64,000 bases of DNA from Prevotella sp. GTDB taxonomy: Bacteria > Bacteroidota > Bacteroidia > Bacteroidales > Dysgonomonadaceae. Positions within the stretch are counted from its first letter, which is position 1; the number at the start of each line of letters is the position of its first letter. Made by a program: the position numbers and the translations under genes. The stretch covers positions 64,001 to 128,000 of the forward strand of contig JAITVV010000095.1 of assembly GCA_031285625.1 (NCBI GenBank), written 5' to 3'. Below, piece by piece: positions 9,433 to 20,057 of this stretch. A model generated the notes under the pieces. The model was not told the DNA's origin, made no database searches, and saw only the letters and a list, made by a program, of their open reading frames with translations.

Positions 9433-11028
9433 CTACTTTTGCTTCAATAAGCTATTATATAATTTATCATCTTTGATAATCTCATACCCTTTCTTAAATG
9501 TTTCACTGTCTTCGTTAAACACACGAACCATTGTCTGGGTATCATACACATCTCGCCCTATATAAGCCTTGATCTGCCTCATAATGATATCTTTCGATTT
9601 ATTAAATCCTTCCTCATCATATTCTACATTTTCCTCCTCGCCTGCAGCAATCAATTTATCGATTATAGACTGAGGTACAGTATATTTGTGATAAAAATCG
9701 TTTGAAGTTGGATATTTCTTATGAATATCACTACGATGATTGTCAACTTCACTATATGCCACTTTCAATGTCAGATTTTTAATCCAAAGTTTTTTATAGT
9801 AATCGGAGACAAATGAAGTATCTGCAGGTACGAAATAATCTGGCATAATACCTCCACCACCATACACAATGCGGTGATTAACCAATGTTGTATATTTCAG
9901 AGAGTCCGGAAAATGAATGCTATCGGCATGCATCATCTCACCTTTATTGTATCGTTCTATCACATCCAGATTATATGATGACAGGTCACCCTTAGTATAA
10001 GGCTTCTGTATAGAGCGCCCGGTCGGTGTATAGTAACGGGCAACAGTCAGTCTTATCATCGATTCGTCCGGCAACGGTATTTGTCTCTGCACAAGGCCTT
10101 TTCCGAAGCTACGACGTCCCACAATGATACCTCTGTCCCAGTCCTGAATAGCACCTGATAAAATCTCGCTAGCTGAGGCCGAACCTTCATTGATAAGTAC
10201 TACGAGCTTCCCTTTTTCGAAGACGCCTTTCTCTGTAGCCAATTCATCTCTGCGCGGCTGACGGCTGCCTTCGGTATATACGATAAGCTTGCCTCTATCC
10301 AAAAAGTCGTCTGCCAGATCAATAGCGGGAGCCATGTATCCACCACCATTATATTCTAAGTCAAGAATAAGGTTTTCCAACCCTTCTTTCTTCAACTTAA
10401 GTAAGGTTTCGCGGAATTCTTTCGTTGTAGTAGCTCCAAAGCGTATAATACGGATATAGCCTGTATTGTTATCTACCATATAATTGGCATCGATACTATA
10501 AATAGGAATTTTATCGCGTACTATTTTGAAATCCAATAATTCGGAATTTCCTTTGCGTAATACTTTTATATTTACTGTAGTACCTTTAGGGCCTTTCAGC
10601 TTAGACATTACATCTTTTGTAGGCATCTTTACCCCGGCAATAAGCGTATCATCAACATACATGATTTTATCCCCGGCTCTAAGCCCTATCTTCTCAGATG
10701 GCCCCCCGGATAATGCCTCAATTACATAAAGTGTATCAGTAACCATATTAAAAGAAATACCGATACCATCGAAGTTCCCTTCTAACGGATCGTTCATATC
10801 TTTTACCTCATCAGGACTGATATATGTAGAATGTGGATCTAATTTTTCAAGTAACGACTTTACGGCATCCTCTGCCAATTTATCATCGTCTACTTTATCA
10901 ACATACATGTTCTCTATGATTGCCATCGTTGTAGCCACTTTCTTAGATCCTTCACTCATTTTGAACTGAGCTGACGAAGTAAGAACAATCGCAAAGAGAC
11001 ACAGAGTTGATATAATAACTCTTTTCAT
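9433..11028 (-). CDS. Carboxy-terminal processing protease (S41, PDZ)
   Basis: LDPHS, FDGIGI, DL..NGGG, SASASEI, GKGLVQ, TVARYYTPTGRSIQ; signal peptide. Confidence 0.93.
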   Translation of the reverse strand: MKRVIISTLCLFAIVLTSSAQFKMSEGSKKVATTMAIIENMYVDKVDDDKLAEDAVKSLLEKLDPHSTYISPDEVKDMNDPLEGNFDGIGISFNMVTDTLYVIEALSGGPSEKIGLRAGDKIMYVDDTLIAGVKMPTKDVMSKLKGPKGTTVNIKVLRKGNSELLDFKIVRDKIPIYSIDANYMVDNNTGYIRIIRFGATTTKEFRETLLKLKKEGLENLILDLEYNGGGYMAPAIDLADDFLDRGKLIVYTEGSRQPRRDELATEKGVFEKGKLVVLINEGSASASEILSGAIQDWDRGIIVGRRSFGKGLVQRQIPLPDESMIRLTVARYYTPTGRSIQKPYTKGDLSSYNLDVIERYNKGEMMHADSIHFPDSLKYTTLVNHRIVYGGGGIMPDYFVPADTSFVSDYYKKLWIKNLTLKVAYSEVDNHRSDIHKKYPTSNDFYHKYTVPQSIIDKLIAAGEEENVEYDEEGFNKSKDIIMRQIKAYIGRDVYDTQTMVRVFNEDSETFKKGYEIIKDDKLYNSLLKQK

Positions 11029-11071
11029 ATTAAATATATTTATTAGCAACCAAGTTGCCGCGTTTACATCA

Positions 11072-11530
11072 TTAATCCAGATTTATACCCTCCGGTATAA
11101 ATTGGCTGACATCATGTCCGAACCGCAATAATTCACGGACAATAGTAGAACTGATATGTGTTAGGTTTGGTTCAGTGAATAATATAAAAGTTTCTATTCC
11201 TGATATATTCCGGTTCATATCGGCAATCGTTTTTTCATATTCGAAATCGTTTACCGACCGAATGCCACGTACAATAAAAGCGGCACCTGTCTCTTTTGCA
11301 TAATCTACAGTAAGGCTGTTATACGATCCAACAGATACCCGATCATCATCTTTGTATAAAGACCGGATCATTTCTATACGTTTTTCAAGGGAGAAGTAGC
11401 TTCTTTTAGCTTCATTCACACCAATAGCAATAACGATCTCGTCTACCAATTCGAGAGATCGTTTTACCAGTGAATGATGCCCTATAGTGAAGGGATCAAA
11501 AGTCCCCGGGAAGATAGCTTTTTTCTTCAT
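11072..11530 (-). CDS. coaD: Pantetheine-phosphate adenylyltransferase
   Basis: [30 protein letters not shown]. Confidence 0.97.
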   Translation of the reverse strand: MKKKAIFPGTFDPFTIGHHSLVKRSLELVDEIVIAIGVNEAKRSYFSLEKRIEMIRSLYKDDDRVSVGSYNSLTVDYAKETGAAFIVRGIRSVNDFEYEKTIADMNRNISGIETFILFTEPNLTHISSTIVRELLRFGHDVSQFIPEGINLD

Positions 11531-11533
11531 TCG

Positions 11534-13729
11534 TTAATTTGCCATATCAGATATAAACTTAATCCGTACCAGACGGATTTCGTCTTCGGAATACTCTCCC
11601 AATTCATTAATGGCTTCTTCCAAATCATCTGATTCGGCTTCCTGGAAATATTGGAATATATCATCCAGATGGTCTTCGTCTATTACTTCGCGGAGGAAGT
11701 AATCAATATTTATTTTTGTACCTGAGTATACTATAGCTTCCACTTCATTAAGTAACTCTACAAAGTCGATTCCTTTAGACTCGGCCAAGTCGTCTAAAGC
11801 TACTTTGCGGTCAATACCCTGTACAATGGCGACTTTCAGTTTCGACTTATTAGCTACGGTCCTTACGCGTAAATCTTCAGGACGCTCTATTTCATTCTCT
11901 TCTACATGTTTCTTTATTATTTGAAGGAATTCTGTCCCGTATCTTTTGGCTTTTCCGGCTCCTACTCCAGGGATATTTTGCAGTTCATCCATCGTAATAG
12001 GATAGATGGTAGCCATCGCCTCTAACGATGGATCCTGAAAGATAACATAAGGAGGAACATTGTTATTTTTAGCCATTTTCTTGCGCAGATCCTTCATGAT
12101 AGAGAATAACACAGGGTCTACAGCAGAACCGCCCCCACCGCCTTTTACAACGACATCATCGATATTATCATCATCATCCAAATCTTCTTCATCAGCTGTT
12201 GTAATCTTAAATGATGAAGGTTTCTTCAGAAAGTCCTTACCTTTTTTTGTTACTCTAAGCAGACCGTAATTCTCGATATCTTTATCGAAATATCCTGCTA
12301 TTAATGCTTGACGGATAACAGCATTCCATGTATCTTCATCTGCATCATCACCTGAGCCAAATACTTCGAGATCTTGATGCCCATAAGTTTCGATCTCAGA
12401 GGTTTCTTTTCCTCTCAGGATATTGATAACATAATCCGTTTTAAATTTTTCTTTTAACGCAACTACAGCTTCCAGAGCCGTTAATAATAAATCTTTAGCT
12501 TCCACTTGTTTTTTAGGATTTACACAATTGTCACAGTTCCCACAATTTCTTTCTTTATATTCTTCTCCAAAATAATGGAGCAATACTTTTTTTCTACAAA
12601 GGGCAGTTTCAGCATAAGCTGCAGTCTCAAGCAGGAGTTGTTTTCCAATCTCTTGTTCTGCGACAGGCTTTCCCTGCATAAATTTCTCCAATTTTTGCAA
12701 GTCTTTGAAAGAATAGAATGCAATACACTTTCCTTCTCCGCCATCACGTCCTGCACGCCCTGTCTCCTGATAATATCCTTCCAGACTCTTTGGCATATCA
12801 TAATGTATGACGTACCTCACATCGGGCTTATCTATCCCCATACCAAAGGCTATTGTTGCAACAATCACATTCACCTGTTCCATCAGGAATGCATCCTGAT
12901 TGGCAGATCGTGTATGAGCATCTAATCCTGCATGATAAGGTAATGCATTTATATTGTTTGTTTGTAATATCTCAGCAAACTCCTCCACCTTTTTACGGCT
13001 CAAACAATAAATAATTCCAGACTTGTTACCCTGAGACTTTATATATTTTATAATGTCTTTATCTACATTATTGGTCTTGGCACGAACTTCATAAAAAAGA
13101 TTATCACGGTTGAATGAAGCTTTAAAGACATCAGCCTCAACCATACCCAGATTTTTTTGTATATCCAATTGCACTTTTGGAGTAGCAGTTGCAGTAAGTG
13201 CAATTATCGGATGTTTCCCTATTTCGCCCACAATAGGACGAATTCGTCTGTATTCCGGTCTGAAATCATGCCCCCATTCAGAAATACAATGCGCTTCATC
13301 AATCGCATAAAATGATATTTGAATCTGGCGCAAAAAATCTATATTATCCTCTTTTGTAAGAGATTCGGGTGCTACATATAACAGCTTTGTCTTTCCTGAC
13401 AGTATGTCTCCTTTGACCTGCTCAATAGCAGCTTTATTTAGCGATGAATTTATAAAGTGAGCCACGCCGTCATCTTCACTAAAATTACGCATGGCGTCCA
13501 CCTGGTTCTTCATCAGGGCTATCAGTGGTGAAATAATAACAGCTGTACCATCCATCAATAATGCTGGCAGCTGGTAGCAAAGGGACTTTCCACCTCCCGT
13601 AGGCATCAACACAAAGGTATCCTTTTCATCCAATACATTTTGGATGATAGCTTCTTGGTTCCCTTTAAATTTGTCAAAGCCAAAATGCTCCTTTAAAGCA
13701 TGTGTTAGTATATCGTCTCTTTTCGGCAT
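11534..13729 (-). CDS. recQ: ATP-dependent DNA helicase RecQ
   Basis: MPTGGGKSLCYQ, DEAHCISEWGHDFRP, QETGRAGRDG, RQC zinc site CGNCDNC, HRDC domain. Confidence 0.97.
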   Translation of the reverse strand: MPKRDDILTHALKEHFGFDKFKGNQEAIIQNVLDEKDTFVLMPTGGGKSLCYQLPALLMDGTAVIISPLIALMKNQVDAMRNFSEDDGVAHFINSSLNKAAIEQVKGDILSGKTKLLYVAPESLTKEDNIDFLRQIQISFYAIDEAHCISEWGHDFRPEYRRIRPIVGEIGKHPIIALTATATPKVQLDIQKNLGMVEADVFKASFNRDNLFYEVRAKTNNVDKDIIKYIKSQGNKSGIIYCLSRKKVEEFAEILQTNNINALPYHAGLDAHTRSANQDAFLMEQVNVIVATIAFGMGIDKPDVRYVIHYDMPKSLEGYYQETGRAGRDGGEGKCIAFYSFKDLQKLEKFMQGKPVAEQEIGKQLLLETAAYAETALCRKKVLLHYFGEEYKERNCGNCDNCVNPKKQVEAKDLLLTALEAVVALKEKFKTDYVINILRGKETSEIETYGHQDLEVFGSGDDADEDTWNAVIRQALIAGYFDKDIENYGLLRVTKKGKDFLKKPSSFKITTADEEDLDDDDNIDDVVVKGGGGGSAVDPVLFSIMKDLRKKMAKNNNVPPYVIFQDPSLEAMATIYPITMDELQNIPGVGAGKAKRYGTEFLQIIKKHVEENEIERPEDLRVRTVANKSKLKVAIVQGIDRKVALDDLAESKGIDFVELLNEVEAIVYSGTKINIDYFLREVIDEDHLDDIFQYFQEAESDDLEEAINELGEYSEDEIRLVRIKFISDMAN

Positions 13730-13827
13730 ATTTCTAAAAAATAGACTATTGTATTTATTACGAAGATAAATTCCTTAATTTAATTCTCCAACTTAAAATA
13801 GACTATTTTTTGTCAAAAAAACAAACT

Positions 13828-15063
13828 TTATTGCGAATTTCTCAATTTAATTATCTGGGAGTTCTCGAGCTGCTCTACCGCATACTCTTTAGTAACGTGC
13901 AATTCGGTCTCTTTGGTTGATGGAATATTGAACATCGCATCCATCATTATTGTTTCCACAATAGACCTCAGCCCCCTGGCTCCTAATTTGTATTCAACAG
14001 CCTTGTCTACAATATATTCATATACGTCCTCTGCAAATGTAAGCGTTACATCATCCATTTTGAACAGTTTTACATATTGCTTGATGATAGAATTCTTTGG
14101 TTCTGTTAATATTCTTCTTAATGCGCTTCTATCTAATGCATCCAGATATGTCAGTATTGGCAAACGTCCAATAATCTCAGGTATAAGTCCAAATGACTTC
14201 AAATCCTGAGGTGCTACATATTGTAATAAGTTTTCACGGTCTACCTGTGCATTATTCTTCGATGAAGCATACCCCACAACCATAGTATTTAAACGTTGTG
14301 CTATCTTACGTTCGATCCCGTCGAAAGCACCACCACAGACAAATAATATATTTTTTGTATCCACTGCTATCATTTTCTGATCAGGATGTTTACGCCCCCC
14401 CTGAGGCGGTACATTTACAACAGATCCTTCAAGCAGCTTTAGCAACCCCTGTTGAACTCCCTCTCCGCTTACATCGCGTGTAATGGAAGGATTATCACTC
14501 TTACGGGCGATCTTATCTATTTCATCTATAAATACAATACCTCGTTCTGCAGCAGCAACATCATAATCGGATGCCTGCAACAGGCGGGTAAGGATGCTTT
14601 CAATATCTTCACCTACATATCCGGCCTCAGTTAATACTGTAGCATCTACTATGGCAAACGGCACATGAAGGAGTTTTGCTATTGTACGGGCTAATAATGT
14701 TTTGCCTGTACCGGTAGGACCTACAAGTATAATATTCGATTTTTCAATCTCGATATCATCATCTTTTCCTTGCAGCAGTCGCTTGTAGTGGTTATAAACG
14801 GCTACAGACAGATAGCGCTTTGCGCTATCTTGTCCTATAATGTATCCGTCAAGATATTCTTTGATAGTTCTGGGATCAGGTAGTTGATCTTTGTCTATTC
14901 CCAGAGCTGTTTTTTTAGCTTCAACGCTATCTTTTACTATTTGATATGCTTGTTCAGCACAGCTATCACAAATATCGGCTGACATACCGGAGATAAGCAT
15001 GTTCACATCTTTTTCCCCACGTCCACAGAAACTGCAATAACTGTTAGTATCTTTTTTTGACAT
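13828..15063 (-). CDS. clpX: ATP-dependent Clp protease ATP-binding subunit
   Basis: CSFCG zinc finger, [28 protein letters not shown]. Confidence 0.98.
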   Translation of the reverse strand: MSKKDTNSYCSFCGRGEKDVNMLISGMSADICDSCAEQAYQIVKDSVEAKKTALGIDKDQLPDPRTIKEYLDGYIIGQDSAKRYLSVAVYNHYKRLLQGKDDDIEIEKSNIILVGPTGTGKTLLARTIAKLLHVPFAIVDATVLTEAGYVGEDIESILTRLLQASDYDVAAAERGIVFIDEIDKIARKSDNPSITRDVSGEGVQQGLLKLLEGSVVNVPPQGGRKHPDQKMIAVDTKNILFVCGGAFDGIERKIAQRLNTMVVGYASSKNNAQVDRENLLQYVAPQDLKSFGLIPEIIGRLPILTYLDALDRSALRRILTEPKNSIIKQYVKLFKMDDVTLTFAEDVYEYIVDKAVEYKLGARGLRSIVETIMMDAMFNIPSTKETELHVTKEYAVEQLENSQIIKLRNSQ

Positions 15064-15086
15064 TTATCCTTTTTGTGAGTAAATGA

Positions 15087-15755
15087 TTATTTGTTTTTTG
15101 TTAATACTTCATCTACCATACCATATTCTTTTGCTTCGGCTGAAGTCATCCAGTAGTCACGGTCTGAATCTTGTGCCACTTTGTCAAAAGGCTGACCTGA
15201 ATGATCGGATATAATAGTGTAAAGTTCTTTTTTGATCTTACCGATCTCACGTGCTGTGATCTCGATATCTGAAGCCTGCCCCTGAGCTCCACCAAGCGGC
15301 TGGTGAATCATCACGCGTGAATGCTTCAATGCAAAACGCTTTCCTTTTTGGCCTGCGACAAGCAATACAGCAGCCATAGATGCAGCTATACCTGTACAGA
15401 TAGTAGATACATCGCTGTTTATAAACTGCATTGTATCATATATTCCATAACCGGCATACACTGATCCTCCAGGAGAATTGATATAAATAGATATATCTTT
15501 TCCCGAATCGGCAGAATCAAGATATAATAATTGAGCCTGAATTACATTAGCTGTATAATCATCAACCTGTGTACCCAAAAAGATAATCCTATCCATCATC
15601 AAACGGGAGAAAACATCCATTTGAGCCACATTTAATTGGCGTTCTTCAATTATAGTAGGTGATATATAACTACTTGTTATATCAATATATTTATCAAGAG
15701 CTAATCCGTTTAAGCCTAAATGCTTTGTAGCATATTTTTTAAATTCATTGTTCAT
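15087..15755 (-). CDS. clpP: Clp protease proteolytic subunit
   Basis: YINSPGG, AASM, MIHQP, DRDYWM. Confidence 0.98.
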   Translation of the reverse strand: MNNEFKKYATKHLGLNGLALDKYIDITSSYISPTIIEERQLNVAQMDVFSRLMMDRIIFLGTQVDDYTANVIQAQLLYLDSADSGKDISIYINSPGGSVYAGYGIYDTMQFINSDVSTICTGIAASMAAVLLVAGQKGKRFALKHSRVMIHQPLGGAQGQASDIEITAREIGKIKKELYTIISDHSGQPFDKVAQDSDRDYWMTSAEAKEYGMVDEVLTKNK

Positions 15756-15800
15756 AACATTTCCTTTTTAATTTAATAATGTATTAGCATTGTTATATAA

Positions 15801-15815
15801 ACAATTATCATGCCA
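15801..15815 (-). promoter_or_regulatory. Candidate sigma54 (-24/-12) promoter upstream of clpP
   Basis: TGGCATGATAATTGT on the minus strand, GG-N10-GT spacing. Confidence 0.55.
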
Positions 15816-15938
15816 GTCATAAAGGCATAAAAAAAAGGCTAATAAAACAGCCTCATTTGATGCAAACAAAGTTATAAATAAAAAACTGAAAACCCGAAAT
15901 AATATTTATAGTATTTTCCATTATTTATATAAAAACAA

Positions 15939-15972
15939 ACGGGTAGTAAGAGTTTTCCTCTTTACTACCCGT
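15939..15972 (-). terminator. Terminator after tig
   Basis: ACGGGTAGTAA...TTACTACCCGT stem followed by a U-rich tract on the minus strand. Confidence 0.8.
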
Positions 15973-15993
15973 ATTTATCTGATACATCTTCAA

Positions 15994-17379
15994 TTATGCT
16001 TCTGTTTCCGCCTTATCCTCTTCTTTTTCGAAGAATTTACGGAATTCGTCCAGTGAGATAACTTTTTCTTCTACTCCCAGTTTTGTTTTCAGAACATCGA
16101 TAATCTTGTTTTCCATCGCACGGTCTAACAGATTGCGTGCATTATCTTTGTTCTTCAACATATCGTTGGCATAGTTTTCTACCATTTCTTCAGGAAGATT
16201 CATCATTCCATATTGTGCAAACTGAGCTCTTGCAGCCTGCATAGCAATGATCTTCATATCTTCATTTTCGATCTTAACATCAAAATCTTTAGCTATCTGC
16301 TCTTTGATCAGGTGGAATCTCAGGTCGGCAAGGATTTTTGGATAATCGTTTTCTACCGACTCTGCAGTCCTTTCTTCACCTGAGGCAATCAGCCATCTTT
16401 TAAGGAAAGCATCCGGGAACTGCAGATCACCAACTTTCTTCTCCAACAATTCTTTTGCATCAAGAAGGAATTTGTAATCGCTATCCGGAACAAACTGATC
16501 TGAAATAGTTTCTTTTACTTTTTCTCTGAAGTCAGCTTCTGTTGTAATGACTCCTTCTCCAAAAACCTTGTTAAACAAATCCTGATCAAGTTCGGCTTCT
16601 TTATAGCGAGTTATTTCAGTAATTGCAAACTGGAATTCAGGAGCAATTGCTTCAACAGCATTTTTGTCGATATGAAGCATAGAAGATATTTCTGCCTCAT
16701 TTCCATCATACGCTTTACCCGGATTAAATACGATCACATCGCCGGCTTTTGCTCCTACAAATTTAGCCTGTTCAGTTTCGTCTTTCATATATGATGGCAT
16801 CACAATACCGTCTTCAACAAAGATGCCGCCTTCTTTTACTTTTCCATCTTCAAGCTCAGAGATTTTACCTCTTATAAGGTCTGTTTCTTTAGCGCCTTCT
16901 TCTACTTTATCATATTTGCCATAATTAGCCTTATATGAATCTATTTGTTTCTCAACAAGTTCTTCATTCACTTCGATAGCATAATATGTGATTTTATCTT
17001 TTTTAGATAAAGCTAGTTTCATTTCCGGAGCAAGAGCCAGATCGAAAAAGAAGTCGTAATCGCCTTCAACAGAAAAATCTATTGGTTGTTGTTTTTCCTC
17101 GTTAGGAAGCGGCTCTCCTAAAACATTCAACTTATTCTCCTGAATATAATTATATAGATTTTCTCCTACCAGCTTATTTATTTCTTCTGCCAGCACCGAT
17201 TTACCATACATTTTTTTCACCATACCCATAGGCACAGTCCCAGGACGGAAACCCGGTATATTTGCTTTTTTGCGGAAAGTTTTTAGGGCGTTATCAAGTT
17301 TTTCCTGATAGTCTGCTTTAGCTACAGTAATTTGCAGAATAGCATTAACGCTATCTACATTTGTTAGAGATACGTTCAT
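15994..17379 (-). CDS. tig: Trigger factor
   Basis: IPGFRPG ribosome-binding motif; position upstream of clpPX. Confidence 0.95.
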   Translation of the reverse strand: MNVSLTNVDSVNAILQITVAKADYQEKLDNALKTFRKKANIPGFRPGTVPMGMVKKMYGKSVLAEEINKLVGENLYNYIQENKLNVLGEPLPNEEKQQPIDFSVEGDYDFFFDLALAPEMKLALSKKDKITYYAIEVNEELVEKQIDSYKANYGKYDKVEEGAKETDLIRGKISELEDGKVKEGGIFVEDGIVMPSYMKDETEQAKFVGAKAGDVIVFNPGKAYDGNEAEISSMLHIDKNAVEAIAPEFQFAITEITRYKEAELDQDLFNKVFGEGVITTEADFREKVKETISDQFVPDSDYKFLLDAKELLEKKVGDLQFPDAFLKRWLIASGEERTAESVENDYPKILADLRFHLIKEQIAKDFDVKIENEDMKIIAMQAARAQFAQYGMMNLPEEMVENYANDMLKNKDNARNLLDRAMENKIIDVLKTKLGVEEKVISLDEFRKFFEKEEDKAETEA

Positions 17380-17625
17380 CTTAACGAGTTTATTTAGTTA
17401 TTGTTACAAATTTCAATCGAAATGTAAGAAAGGAATATCGTACTCCTTTTTTAGTGGTGCAAAAATAGTCTTATTATTGTAATATTCAAAGCGAAATAAT
17501 AATTTATTCGACTGGGTTAGTTAATAAAAAAACAAAGAAATGCGTTAAAAATATGTTTTGCAACATGTTTTATCACAAAAATTATATAACTTTGCTAATA
17601 AGATATTTTACATTATCAGTTTTGT

Positions 17626-18327
17626 ATGGTGGCAGATAGTAGTAATGTTATTAGTTTGTCGGAAAGCATTCCTGAAATATGGAATCTATTAAATGACAAA
17701 GAACAGTCCATGGTTGCGTCAAATGCAAGAATCATGGAGTTCAAAAAGAATGAGGTTATATATAGGGAAGAAGAGATTCCTATGGATTTGATGTGCCTGT
17801 GTAAAGGCAAAGTGAAAATATACAAAGACGGTGTCGGGGGGCGAAGTCAGATTATAAGAATGATACGACCAACCCAGTATTTCGGTTACCGGGCTTTTTT
17901 TGCCAACCAACCGTATGTTACCGCAGCATCAGCCTTTGAGCCTTCTACCATTTGCTTCATACCGATGAACCTCATCAACGAAATCGTCTCTACCAATTCA
18001 AAACTCGGATCATTTTTCATACGCGAACTATCTACTGATTTAGGTATTGCAGACGAAAGAGTTGTAAACCTTACCCAAAAACACATCCGCGGACGACTAG
18101 CTGAATCACTGATTTTCCTTATCGAAAATTACGGGCTCGAAGAAGATGGAGCCACCATCAGTATCTACCTGTCGCGTGAAGATCTGGCCAACCTGTCAAA
18201 TATGACAACCTCAAATGCCATCCGTACACTATCAACATTTGTTGACGAACACATCATAACGCTGGACGGACGAAAAATTAAAATCATAGACGAAGAAAAG
18301 CTCAGGAAAATAAGTAAAATCGGATGA
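17626..18327 (+). CDS. Crp/Fnr family transcriptional regulator
   Basis: cNMP-binding fold (GKVKIYK, YFGYRA) and HTH LSREDLANLSNMTTSNAIRTL; TAACTTTG at 17587-17594. Confidence 0.92.
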   Translation: MVADSSNVISLSESIPEIWNLLNDKEQSMVASNARIMEFKKNEVIYREEEIPMDLMCLCKGKVKIYKDGVGGRSQIIRMIRPTQYFGYRAFFANQPYVTAASAFEPSTICFIPMNLINEIVSTNSKLGSFFIRELSTDLGIADERVVNLTQKHIRGRLAESLIFLIENYGLEEDGATISIYLSREDLANLSNMTTSNAIRTLSTFVDEHIITLDGRKIKIIDEEKLRKISKIG

Positions 18328-19829
18328 TAACCCGAATTGCTCACAAATATCTGGACTATCAGTACAAAGAGGTAGACAGATTTATAAACAATCCTATAGA
18401 AACACAAGAGAAGATATTGAAATATCTGCTCAAAAACGGTGAGCAAACTTACTTCGGGCAACAATTTGATTTTTCCGCAATAAAGAATAGAGACGATTTC
18501 AGGAAACAGGTACCTGTATTTCACTATGAAGACCTACGCCCTTATCTTGATAAAATCTTAGTTGATAAACAACAAAATGTACTCTGGAACAAGCCTGTAA
18601 AATGGTTTGCCATGTCGTCGGGTACTACAGAAGATAAAAGTAAATATATACCTGTCACTCAGGAATCCCTGACCAAAGGGCACTATAAATGTGGTGAACA
18701 AATGCTCGCCATTTATGGCAGAGCAAACAGGAATGCCAGATTCTTTTTTGGTAAAACACTTGTACTGGGAGGTAGCAAACAGATAAATAATATTGGCGAC
18801 GGCATTTTCACAGGAGATATATCAGCCATTCTTATAAAGAATCTGTATTTCTGGGCTAAATTTAGCCGCACACCCGAAAGCATATCTCTCCTACCCGACT
18901 GGGAAACTAAGCTTCAGGCTCTAACAGATTATGCTGTAAAGAATGATGTGCGCGCCTTTATGGGTGTTCCGTCATGGCTATTGGTCTTACTGAAAAAGAT
19001 AAAAGCAGACACAGGGCGGGAACTAACGGATATATGGCCCAATCTGGAAGTGTTCTTCCATGGCGGTGTTAGTTTTACCCCTTTCGAAGAGCAGTATAAG
19101 AAAATGATACAAAAACCTGAGATGTGGTATTGGGAAACCTATAATGCTTCGGAGGGTTTCTTTGGTGTACAATTTGAGGAAGGCTCTAAAGAGATGCTGC
19201 TGATGCTGGACAGCTGTATTTACTACGAATTTGTCCCGATGAGTGAATGGGATAAAGAAAATCCAAGAACACTAACACTTGATGAAGTAGAAACAGGACA
19301 GAACTATGCCATCATAATTTCGACCAATGGAGGGCTGTGGCGATATATGATCGGTGATACAATTGAGTTCACCTCAACAACCCCTTATTTGTTCCACATA
19401 ACAGGCCGTACCAAGAATTTTATCAACGCATTCGGTGAGGAAATCATCATAGATAATGCCGAAAAAGCCTTATCCGAGGCATGCAAAGCAACAGGTGCGC
19501 AAATCACCGAATATACAGCTGCCCCTGTCTACTTCGACGATAATAATAATGGCGCTCACGAATGGCTGATAGAATTTGCTGTAGAACCTAACAGTCTTGA
19601 TAAGTTTATCGAGACACTGGATGAAGCTTTGAAGAAGGTAAATTCAGACTATGAGGCAAAACGGTCGTACAACCTTTCGTTGAATATGCCTATTGTAAGA
19701 AGTTTGCCTAAGGGTACCTTCAATGAATGGCTGAAATCTATCGGAAAGTTAGGCGGGCAAAATAAAGTACCACGACTGTCTAATAACAGGGATTATGTGG
19801 ATAGATTGTTGAGGTTTATAAAGGGATAG
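18324..19829 (+). CDS. GH3 auxin-responsive family acyl-adenylate ligase-like protein
   Basis: SSGTT..SKYIP, YNASEG, GLWRY.IGD, GGQNKVPR. Confidence 0.9.
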   Translation: MITRIAHKYLDYQYKEVDRFINNPIETQEKILKYLLKNGEQTYFGQQFDFSAIKNRDDFRKQVPVFHYEDLRPYLDKILVDKQQNVLWNKPVKWFAMSSGTTEDKSKYIPVTQESLTKGHYKCGEQMLAIYGRANRNARFFFGKTLVLGGSKQINNIGDGIFTGDISAILIKNLYFWAKFSRTPESISLLPDWETKLQALTDYAVKNDVRAFMGVPSWLLVLLKKIKADTGRELTDIWPNLEVFFHGGVSFTPFEEQYKKMIQKPEMWYWETYNASEGFFGVQFEEGSKEMLLMLDSCIYYEFVPMSEWDKENPRTLTLDEVETGQNYAIIISTNGGLWRYMIGDTIEFTSTTPYLFHITGRTKNFINAFGEEIIIDNAEKALSEACKATGAQITEYTAAPVYFDDNNNGAHEWLIEFAVEPNSLDKFIETLDEALKKVNSDYEAKRSYNLSLNMPIVRSLPKGTFNEWLKSIGKLGGQNKVPRLSNNRDYVDRLLRFIKG

Positions 19830-19840
19830 TAGAATATAAA

Positions 19841-19875
19841 TAAAAATGGAGCTAGTAAAATTAGCTCCATTTTTA
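19841..19875. terminator. Bidirectional intrinsic terminator
   Basis: TAAAAATGGAGCTA-N7-TAGCTCCATTTTTA. Confidence 0.85.
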
Positions 19876-19939
19876 TTATATATACTGAAAAGTTACTCTG
19901 CGCTGAATCGTATATTCTTAAATTAAAATTTGTGTTAGC
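19841..19939 (-). ncRNA. Candidate ~95-nt small RNA (orphan promoter to terminator)
   Basis: Minus-strand TACATTTG at 19944-19951 pointing at the terminator, with no credible ORF between them. Confidence 0.3.
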
Positions 19940-20057
19940 GGGGCAAATGTAATGCTTTGTAAATTGAGTTCGTAGGGATTTCAATATTAACTAATAGAAA
20001 TTAAACCTTTTGGTATTAGAGGTATCCAATACGTAACAACCTATTAAAATTACAGCC

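Noticed and set aside
17380-17625. tRNA gene upstream of tig
   Set aside because: No cloverleaf or T-loop GTTCRA motif; the region holds divergent -7 elements only
19793-19984. 63-aa minus-strand ORF as a small toxin
   Set aside because: Its hydrophobic tail is simply the translation of the terminator hairpin and it overlaps the end of the GH3 gene
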